This document shows positions 26,903-36,681 of a stretch of 64,000 bases of DNA, one piece after another. The translations under genes were made by a program, and so were the position numbers. The DNA is from Daphnia carinata (taxonomy: Eukaryota): the NCBI RefSeq assembly GCF_022539665.2, contig NC_081333.1, positions 2,604,001-2,668,000 on the forward strand, read 5' to 3'. The notes under the pieces were generated by a model. It saw nothing but the letters and a program-made list of their open reading frames with translations, did no database searches and had not been told where the DNA came from. Position 1 is the stretch's first letter, and every line of letters begins with the position of its first letter.

Positions 26903-27507
26903 ATGGATAAGATAATACAACAAAAGGATGATAAGTATAAACATTATTATATTTGTTTTGAATTATTAATTATTGTTTATTAGATCAAATTATGGACCTG
27001 CAGGCTCAATTATTGCAACAGCACAAAATATTAGATAACAGCAAAGCTAAGGATTGTAAGGCCTAATACATAATGATTCTATTTATTTGCTTTTATTCAT
27101 TTGTGTTTTGTAGCTCAAAGGTTGAGTCTACAAGCTCAGCTAGGGGAAAAGAACAAATTGGAATGGAACAGTTTCCAAACAGTGAAGGAGGTTTTTCCAA
27201 ACTCAAACCTAACTGAACATGAGGATGAATTGGCATTAGGCGAACACAGTCAGGTACCTAAACTTTTCAAATAAGAATTCAAAATAAGTATAGAATTTTA
27301 ACAAACAATTATTTATTGTTTAGTTATTCAGTCTACCACCTGACAGTGTGTTAAATTTAAATTCTGTTAGTGCTGCACAAAAAGAATCGTTAGTAATAAG
27401 CCCATGCAGTGAAGGAAGTGAACAATTGTGGGTCCGTATTTGGGCCGAAAATGGGTGTGGTACGGAAACCAAGATATGGCACAAGTTCAACATGAAACAT
27501 GGATTAG
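26903..27507 (+). pseudogene. left copy of cryptic 4-exon gene; intron-1 donor mutated GT>AT
   Basis: Exons 26903-26930, 26984-27055, 27114-27253 and 27324-27507 mirror the right copy; donor reads ATAAGT at 26931 where the right copy has GTAAGT. Confidence 0.55.
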
Positions 27508-28344
27508 GTACTTTTCGGTTTTATGTCTATTGAAAAAGTATTTTTAATGCTATTATTTTGCATTCACAGAATTTAATGGGGGATCAAATCAAGTCTGGAA
27601 GTGTTTCAGGATGGAAGAGTCAGCCTACAGATGAAAAAACACTGAGAGTGCATTACCATTAAGGTATGAGGTAAAGTAATAGAGTATGCACATTGTCTAA
27701 TGAGAAGTACCATCTTGTGTTAATAAATCCAGTACAACAGCAATCCTTTATAGTTCTGTCACAGCTAGAAACCTCAAATAATTCTGCTTCTCTGTCTAAA
27801 GAACAACTTGTCCTTTACATTCAGAGTGTTGGGGAAACTGGGTACTAAAATGGCCCTAAAGATGTTTTAATTTTGCTGCCATTGCAGAGATGAACATCAT
27901 ACATGGACTCTTTAGGTATGAAAGGATTTTTCTTCAAATAATTTTGAATTTATGACGAAGAATTTCTCCTCCTTTTTGCCAACCAGGTCTAATCTACCAA
28001 AAAAAATTTTATCCAATAGGAAAGGATTTTCATGTACTGGGAACACAACTATCAACAATGCAACATTGTACAGGTGCTAGTTTATCATTCAAGAGCCTTA
28101 TACAATGATGTTAATCTGCAATTTGTATGTCCTTCCCCAAGCTTCCACCAGAAGTTGAATCTATGAGTCATGTAAGTTACATGATCAACAGTTGATATGT
28201 TTAACGGTGTTGTTTTTCTTTTCTCAATATAGGTTAATAGTAACATTGGATCTGAAAAAATTCTTGGTTGGGGCAAGACACTGAATAAATTGTATTGATT
28301 GGATGGATGACATGACATTTCTATACTTAATTCGGATTCCCCAG

Positions 28345-28765
28345 ACGGTATTTGATATTAAAAAAATTGAAGTGCATATCTGGGCTCCCTTCTTTTCTGA
28401 AGCCCCGTTTCCCCTTGACTCGTAATAAGCCCGTAGGGGGTCATGCCCCTACTGTACGGTATATATAAAAACAACATATACCGAGGTTTGGAGGGCTCTG
28501 GCCGGAAAGGGGACGTGGGGTGCCGCTTAGTCCGATGATGTGTTCACGGAGGGCGATGTGGCTGCCCACAAATCCGAACTAAAGGTTAATCGCTCCTGTA
28601 AAAATGTTCCAAATCTTCAGCTCTTCTTCCGGCTTCTCTTAGCCAATCACCGGGTAATCTCCCCGGTGGGTCAACAAGGCAGTGTCTCCCCCTGCCTGGG
28701 TTGACGGCAACTTTTGAAAGGGCTATTGTGCCTTTTTAAAGTTGCAAAAATAATTGTAATGTGCA
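28345..28765 (-). repeat. hairpin-rich ~420 bp module, copy 1 (inverted)
   Basis: Reverse complement of 29553-29973. Confidence 0.9.
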
Positions 28766-28963
28766 GAGAATTGTCAATAAATTTTTTTTTATAAAATGTT
28801 TTTTGCAAAATTTGTTATTTTCATTGTCTGTGTTCACACATTACATTCATCAACTTTTTTTTTTATATATCTTGCTCAATTTACCTTTATTGTTTATGCC
28901 ACCTTTGACGGTAAGCATTGTTTCCATTGATATGTGGTTTATCTGTAAGCATTCAATTATTAT

Positions 28964-29021
28964 CCAGGGATCGAACCCTGAATGTTTGGCATACCGCACC
29001 GATGCTCTACCAATGAGCCAT
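28964..29021 (-). pseudogene. degenerate tRNA-like / SINE head
   Basis: Minus strand reads TGGCTCATTGGTAGAGCA (A box)...GGGTTCGATCCCTGG (B box/T arm); no intact acceptor stem seen. Confidence 0.6.
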
Positions 29022-29148
29022 GAATCACATGATGTCAAGTTGGCTTTTTTCTAGTCACTTGCGGACTTGCATTTACACTTTGAATAAAACTGACATGCAA
29101 TACTGCAATATTCTTTTCTACATTTAGATATAGATCTTTATACATCTA

Positions 29149-29208
29149 CTAAGGTTTGAACCCAGGGTAACAGTTATCGCAGCTGAATGCTCTACCACAG
29201 AGCTATGG
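29149..29208 (-). pseudogene. degenerate tRNA-like / SINE head
   Basis: Minus strand reads TAGCTCTGTGGTAGAGCA...GGGTTCAAACC. Confidence 0.55.
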
Positions 29209-29313
29209 ACCTTATGAAAGCAATAGAAAGATAAACATATAGTTGTGAAAGACTGCATAAACATCCTAGACGATAACATATGATATTCGATAATAAGAAA
29301 TTCAAATACATCT

Positions 29314-29376
29314 CGTGGCTCAATGTTAGAGCATCGGCGTCGCACGCTGAATGTCTGGGGATCGATTCCCATACCA
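29314..29376 (+). pseudogene. degenerate tRNA-like (Ala-CGC-like) / SINE head
   Basis: GTGGCTCAATGTTAGAGCA, stem-loop CGGCGT-CGC-ACGCTG, GGGGATCGATTCCC. Confidence 0.55.
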
Positions 29377-29552
29377 GTAAAACAATATACAAATACAAAA
29401 TCACTTCAGAAAATATCCAGGTATTACACGTTGTTCCTTGTCTAAATTCATGAATTGAGCAAGCTTGATAAATGTAATGTGTGAACACAGACAATGAAAA
29501 TAACAAATTTTGCAAAAAACATTTTATAAAACAAAATTTATTGACAATTCTC

Positions 29553-29973
29553 TGCACATTACAATTATTTTTGCAACTTTAAAAAGGCACAATAGCCCTT
29601 TCAAAAGTTGCCATCAACCCAGGCAGGGGGAGACACTGCCTTGTTGACCCACCGGGGAGATTACCCGGTGATTGGCTAAGAGAAGCCGGAAGAAGAGCTG
29701 AAGATTTGGAACATTTTTACAGGAGCGATTAACCTTTAGTTCGGATTTGTGGGTAGCCACATCGCCCTCCGTGAACACATCATCGGACTAAGCGGCACCC
29801 CACGTCCCCTTTCCGGCCAGAGCCCTCCAAACCTCGGTATATGTTGTTTTTATATATACCGTACAGTAGGGGCATGACCCCCTACGGGCTTATTACGAGT
29901 CAAGGGGAAACGGGGCTTCAGAAAAGAAGGGAGCCCAGATATGCACTTCAATTTTTTTAATATCAAATACCGT
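29553..29973 (+). repeat. hairpin-rich ~420 bp module, copy 2
   Basis: Starts TGCACATTACAATTATTTTTGCAAC, ends AATACCGT; near-identical to copy 1 and copy 3. Confidence 0.9.
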
Positions 29974-30811
29974 CTGGGGAATCCGAATTAAGTATAGAAA
30001 TGTCATGTCATCCATCCAATCAATACAATTTATTCAGTGTCTTGCCCCAACCAAGAATCTTTTCAGATCCAATGTTACTATTAACCTATATTGAGAAAAG
30101 ACAAACAACACCATTAAACATATCAATTGTTGATCATGTAACTTACATGACTCATAGATTCAACTTCTGGTGGAAGCTTGGGAAAGGACATACAAATTGC
30201 AGATTAAAATCATTGTATAAGGCTCTTGAATGATAAACGAGCACCTGTAGAATGTTGCATTGTTGATAGTTGTGTTCCCAGTACATGAAAATCCTTTCCT
30301 ATTGGATAAAATTTTTTTTGGTAGATTAGACCTGGTTGGCAAAAAGGAGGAGAAATTCTTCATCATAAATTCAAAATTATTTGAAGAAAAATCCTTTCAT
30401 ACCTAAAGAGTCCATGTATGATGTTCATCTCTGCAATGGCAGCAAATTTAAAACATCTTTAGGGCCATTTAAGTACCCAGTTTCTCCAACACTCTGAATG
30501 TAAAGGACAAGTTGTTCTTTAGCCAGAGAAGCAGAATTATTTGAGGCTTCTAGCTGTGACAGAACTATAAAGGATTGCTGTTGTACTGGATTTATTAACA
30601 CAAGATGGTACTTCTCATTAGACAATGTGCATACTCTATTACTTTACCTCATACCTTAATGGTAATGCACTCTCAGTGTTTTTTCAACTGTAGGCTGACT
30701 CTTCCATCCTGTAACACTTCCAGACTTGACTTGATCCCCTGCTAAAATTCTGTGAATGCGAAATAATAGCATTAAAAATACTTTTTCGATAGACAAAAAA
30801 CCGAAAAGTAC

Positions 30812-31416
30812 CTAATCAACGTTTTTGTTGAACTCGTGCCATATCTCGGTTTCCGTACCACACCCATTTTCGGCCCAAATACGGTCCCACAATTGTTCAA
30901 TTCCTTCGCTGCATGGACTTATTATTAACGATTCTTTTAGTACAGCACCAACAGAATTTAAATTTAACACACTGTCAGGTGGTGGACTGAATAACTAAAC
31001 AAAAAATAATTGTTTTTTTAAAATTCTATACTTATTTTGAATTCTTATTTGAAAAGTTTATATACCTGACTGTGTTCGCCTAACGCCAACTCATCCTCAC
31101 GTTCAGTTAGGGATGAGTTTTGAAAAACCTCCTTCACTGTTTGGAAACTGTTCCGTTCCAATTTGTTCTCTTCCCCTAGCTGTGCTTGTAGACTCAAAAT
31201 TTGAGCTACAAAACACAAATGAATAAAAGCAAATAAATAGAATCATTATGTATTAGGCCTTACCATCCTTAGCTTTGCTGTTATCTAATATTTTGTGTTG
31301 TTCCAATAATTGGGGCTGCAGCTTCATAATTTGATCTAATAAATAATAAATAATTAGTGAAAACCAATATAATAATGTTTATACTTACCATCCTTTTGTT
31401 GTATTACCTTATCCAT
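30812..31416 (-). CDS. putative 140-aa uncharacterised protein from 4 exons (31416-31389, 31335-31264, 31205-31066, 30994-30812)
   Basis: All introns are GT-AG and ~55-70 nt. Exons total 423 nt, open from MDKVIQQKDDQIMKLQPQLLEQHK...EQLWDRIWAENGCGTETEIWHEFNKNVD to TAG. No recognisable homolog. Confidence 0.5.
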
Positions 31417-31592
31417 TTTTCAATTGTTCCTCCAGCCACGCGTTATTCTCTCCATCCACGCTACTGAACTAACTGGCAGTTAGCCACCTGCGAACCAACT
31501 GCGAATGGCATCCAATGGACTGAAATTGCCTACGCCAGTAATAACAAGTCTGAGCGGTAGATGGCTACGTGTCGGAAAAAAAGAAAAAAGTG

Positions 31593-32012
31593 TGAACATT
31601 AGAATTATTTTTGCAACTTTAAAAAGGCATAATAGCCCTTTCAAAAGTTGCCGTCAACCCAGGCAGGGGGAGACACTGCCTTGTTGACCCACCGGGGAGA
31701 TTACCCGGTGATTGGCTAAGAGAAGCCGGAAGAAGAGCCGAAGATTTGGAACATTTTTACTGGAGCGATTAACCTTTAGTTCGGATTTGTGGGTAGCCAC
31801 GTCGCCCTCCGTGAACACATCATCGGACTAAGCGGGGGTCCACGTCCCCTTTCCGGCCAGAGCCCTCCAAACCTCGGTATATGTTATTTTTATATATACC
31901 GTACAGTAGGGGCATGACCCCCTACGGGCTTATTACGAGTCAAGGGGAAACGGGGCTACGGAAAGGAAGGGAGCCCAGATATGCACTTCAATTTTTTAAT
32001 AATTAATACCGT
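31593..32012 (+). repeat. hairpin-rich ~420 bp module, copy 3 (direct repeat of copy 2)
   Basis: Starts TGAACATTAGAATTATTTTTGCAAC, ends AATACCGT; abuts the end of the right palindrome arm. Confidence 0.9.
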
Positions 32013-32887
32013 AATACGCGGGAATACACAGGCGACTGATGGAGGGAAATTCAATTCCGTACTTCAAATTATTATAACTTTGCGTCATCACATCCCAACC
32101 AGAAATCTTCGCAGGTTCACTATTGCTATTAATCTAAATTAAGAAAATAAAACATAGATAAGCATAAAACATTCTTATTGATATAGCTTACATGGTACAT
32201 AAATTCATCATCTGCCATATTCCTGTAGATTCCTGGCAGGAGCTTCCAAAAGGCTATGCAGTTGCAAATGACCACCATGGCCAAAACTTGAATACGAAAG
32301 TTTGGAAGAAGTCTTCGTCTTGGCCACGGAGATCTTCCATGGGCTTTCCGATTGGACGTTCCATGCACCATAAAAAAACAGAAAGGTTACAAAGTTGGTT
32401 GTTTGATCACTAAATGTTAAGGTAAATAATGAACCTGGTCTCGGCAGTCTTGACAGCAATTTCCATTATAACCTCATATCACCTCATTCTATGGAAAAAG
32501 AATTTGGCAGGCATCAGTTCAGAATAAAAATTGTTGCATTCAAATCTTTTGACAGGTGGGATTTAGGAATGTCGCCTTAGGGAGTGCAAACCATGATTTT
32601 CAAAACCATTAAATCCTTGTTAGCCATTGAAAGATTGCTGGCTGACGCAGGCATTCATTTGGGACATGACTAACGAACTGCTTCATGGATACATCTCTTT
32701 TTTTTTTAGTCCTCTTCAGGATGACATGAATTCCAGCACATTCTACACAAATATCAGCACTTAACGATATATCAATTAAAACAATTAAAATAGTTCCACC
32801 TTTTAATATTTTTGACTCCATGATTCGTCTTTGTCGCAAATGGGAAGGCAAGGCAACTGATCTATGGTGATTTATTCATCACACACA

Positions 32888-33287
32888 GTGGGAAGGCTAT
32901 AGCCTTCTCACTTTTGTCAAAATCTGCAAAAAACAAAATGTCACTGAATTGAATAAAACTCACCCATGATAATCAAAATTGAACGGTGTTTACGAATACA
33001 GGATTAGTTTACCCCTAAGTTTTGTTTAGATCCTAGTTTGATTGATATTTCCACAATCGATATTTTTACGATATTTCTTTTAATAGATGGCGTTGGAGAC
33101 GGTAAACAAACTAAAATCGCTTTGATTGCATTTTATTCCGAAACTGCATAACGAAGCGAAAAACTAATGCTATATTCGGAATCAGCGTTCACTTTTGATT
33201 ATTTAAGGTGAGTTTCATCCACTTTTAAGAGATGTAATTTTTTTCGAATTTCGACAAAAGTGAGAAGGCTATATATAGCCTTCCCAC
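32888..33287. repeat. pair of ~36-40 bp inverted repeats, each containing a palindrome
   Basis: 32888 GTGGGAAGGCTATAGCCTTCTCACTTTTGTCAAAAT vs 33248 ATTTCGACAAAAGTGAGAAGGCTATATATAGCCTTCCCAC. Confidence 0.8.
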
Positions 33288-34307
33288 TTTTTCATTTTTG
33301 GCAAAAAACTAAATATAGCTAAAAATACATGAATCTTACTCAATATTTAACGCGGATCACGAAAATAGGCTTCATTTTTGCGTTGCACCAATAGTTTTTG
33401 AAATAGATGTAAAAAACTTCGGATTAAATATATTGCGTTGCAGTCACCTTTGTTACATTTATTTCAGAAACTGTTGGCACGAAAGACTATTTCACTAACA
33501 CATAACGGCAGACGGAGTCCAGAGTTTCGAGGAACACATTGTGCTAATTGGCTAAAAATATATGACTTCGATGCAGAATTTAATGTTTATCACGAAGAAC
33601 AAGTTTATTTTTCAATTGACCTTATAGCTTTTGAAATAAACCTAAAATACCAACCGGGAAAATTGCTAGTTCTTTTTACTAAGTTAGAGTTCAATTTTTT
33701 GTTAATAGGAGTTGGTTTTGATCGTGCTGATGCATACTGTAAATGTATCAGTTTGGGAATGATTAATAAATAAACGGTAAATGATTGTACGATATTCTTT
33801 TGTGTAGTAAAACCAAACAGAAAGATATGGTAAACTCGAAATTCTCATACACCACATTTCACCTGTGGTTATTTCGCGCTGCAATAATCGAATAGCATTA
33901 AATCGTAAGTACACAAAAACTGTAAGGCACTGATAGCTAAATCATGGGGGAATAAACAATAAAGTTGAACTTACATGTTTCATGCCAATTTTGCGAATTG
34001 GCCGAATATTGGTCAATTTTTTTTATTATTTTAACACGAGTCCACATTGTGAAAAAAAGAAGAAAGATTTTAAACGTTATAACCTTTTAGAAGACAATAG
34101 ACAAAATCGAATGTTCGTACGCCAGACAGACTAGACCCTAGCTCCTGCCCCAAGATGTTAATCAACTGGTATTCATTCTTAATCCCAGATCCAGAAAGCA
34201 TAAGAAAATTCGTCAGTAAAGGAACCTTTTTTTTTTTTTCAAAGCTGTAACTTTGTTGGAAGACGCAATAGATCTGATATTTATACAGATTCGCCCAATC
34301 ACAGCCA

Positions 34308-36064
34308 TCAACTCCTTTGACCAGTTTTTCTTAACATATGTTGGCCAAACTAAAACAAAAGATAAAAATTGCAATTTTTAGAAAAAAGCTATTAAACAAA
34401 ACAAATTTTAAAATTTACGGGCTGCTGAATAGTTCCATTTTCTTTGTCAGATTGAACGGCTTCTGGACGTGTATAGACAAAGAGCTTTCTCGGACTGGCT
34501 GGAGCTTTAGGTTTAGAAGCCGTTGGCTTAGGGGCAACGGGTGAATTAAACAGATAGTCATTGGATTCGGAGAAAGAATCTTCACGATCTTCGCGGCTTT
34601 CACGCTCTGGAGAATCATTGATTTGATTCATCTGGGCAAACCGTTTTCGCAAAGCAAGAGCAATCATGGTTGAAGGGTCAATGTCGTCTTTATCTGGCCT
34701 TCTTCTGACAGGGGTTGCATTCGTCGACCTTCAAGAAAGATCAAGTGGTGTAAGTGTACAGTTAACAGATTTCCTGTCCAACTTAAATTTACTGCACAAC
34801 AAGAAACCTCGCACTGAGCCAGAAAATAAAATGTGAACTTACGTTTACCAATTCCTATGGTATACTACGCATAAAGGTTTATAACAGAACAGTTAACGAG
34901 ACCAGAAAATCGTATAACCCAATCTTACTTTGAATCGTACCTGTCCACTTTCTTCAGTTTAACCTTGCCCATGTCTTTAAGAACATCGGTCATGGATGGT
35001 ACTGACATGGCTCGGGATTTTCTGTCCACTTTATCTGTTGCTTTTAAGCTCTTTGATTGCAATGACTCGGCTAAAGACAACTTCCTGTTTGGCGTCTCGT
35101 TGGCAGTTCCGTTAAAGGTAGAAGGAAGAGGAGGAGGAGGAGGGGGAAGGATACCCGTAGACATTGGGGTAGGTGGTGGTCCAAAGAGCATTGAGGATGG
35201 CGGCGGAGGAGGTGGAGGCGGTCCAGAAAGCACGAAGGGAGGAGGTGGTGGAATGGGGGTTGCAGGCAGGCTTCCATAGTCTATTAGGTCAATGTTTAAG
35301 AGCAAACAGTTTAAAATGTTGTGGAAATGCAATCATTTATGATTTACCTGATGTTCCAGGTTTGTTGGTAGCAACATTAACTATTTTGGCAATTTGCTCT
35401 CTCAAACGAGATAGTTCATCCTCAAGGGCAGTTATTTTGGTCATAGCAACTGTGTCAACAGTGCTTTGTGAACTGTATAGGGAATCAGCACAAACACTTG
35501 GTGGTGATGCTGATCTAACAGAAGGGGCATCTTCCTCATATGGAATAACTTCAGAATCTGCAATTGATGATGACGATTTGGGTTTCATTTTTTTCCTAAT
35601 TTAAAACACAGGCTTAAGGAACTTTGTTTAAAATATGTTAAAGCATAAACTTTACTTCCAGAAGTCAATTTTGCTGTTGTTGTCTAAAATAGGAATAGCA
35701 GCTAAGCCCTCATCTACTACAGAGTGTCCATCCCAGTCAAAACTTGATGAATCATCTGAATTCACAATTGTGAAACGCACACGAGGAGAGGGTTTAATAG
35801 GGAGTCTGCAGGCTAATTTTCTAATAAAGCTCCTTTGACTCCCAGCATCTCCACTTTGAAAAATGAAAATAATCTGAAATATAAAAAATATTTTTTTACT
35901 GCAAGTGAAAATTGGTAGAAGATTGTTTAAGCATGTACCTGGTCAGATGCATTCATTAACATGGCATCCATCCTAAGTTGCTGAGCAATGAGCCATGCAA
36001 AATCCTGTAAATCTATGCGTAGTTCTTGTAAAACATCAATGACTGTTCTCATCAAGTGATCCAT
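34308..36064 (-). CDS. MTFR1: mitochondrial fission regulator (MTFR1/MTFR2-like), multi-exon
   Basis: RSFIRKLACRLPIKPSPRVRF, KITALEDELSRLREQIAKIV, polyproline tract, PSMTDVLKDMGKVKLKKV, DPSTMIALALRKRFA and final FGQHMLRKTG. All parallel MTFR family motifs in order. Confidence 0.85.
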
Positions 36065-36681
36065 TATTTTGCTTTCTTTTATGGCAACCAAGGAAATTTA
36101 ACAGAAAAGAAAGTCGCCGATTTGACAACGAAATAATCAACAAAGGAAAACGCTTCAACTTGGGGTTTTAACTAAGGGAATTTTAAAAAGCGACTGAAGA
36201 CTAACTGGATTTTCCCTATAATTGAGGCTACATACTTCAAAATATAGACAGTATTAGTTCGGTGACGAGAGCAACTACTTTCGTCCTGATAATATGGGTT
36301 AGTCTAGCGTAACTGTGTAAGCAACCTATGCAATTCACAATTAGAATGCAACAGACGATATAAAAAACAGCATTGCCATTTAATAAAACCTGACAGCTGC
36401 GGGATCATAAATTTAAATCTACGAATTTCATCTCCTGAATAAAATTTACCGTTGGTTCCTATAGGAATTACTGAGATTAAATTTCTCACAGTATTAGCAG
36501 GCTCAACGTGGATTTTAGCTCCAGGGACTTTTCCTTTTTCTTTGAAAAAGATCTTTTCTACAAGAACTTGTCATTCACCTTCATTCACAATCATTTGTAC
36601 TAAAGCACTAAAACACTGGTCGCATTTTAGTTGTTCAGATGATAATATAAGTGAGAAACGGCCGCGTTTATTACGATATTT

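Larger units (their letters stand above)
26755..28853 (+). repeat. left arm of ~2.1 kb inverted duplication
   Basis: Reverse complement of 29465-31592. Mirrored ORFs in the track (28085-28318- vs 30000-30233+; 28761+ vs 29557-) confirm this. Confidence 0.95.
29465..31592 (-). repeat. right arm of ~2.1 kb inverted duplication
   Basis: Direct sequence comparison with 26755-28853; carries an extra ~26 nt near 31476-31501. Confidence 0.95.

Noticed and set aside
28964..29376. Functional tRNA genes
   Set aside because: Acceptor stems are not intact and the A/B boxes are degenerate.
29553..29973. Module as RNase MRP, telomerase RNA or hammerhead/HDV/twister ribozyme
   Set aside because: Only partial words (GTCCCC/ACGGGGCT; TAACCT) without the required conserved cores such as GAAAGTCCCC or CTGATGA...GAAA.
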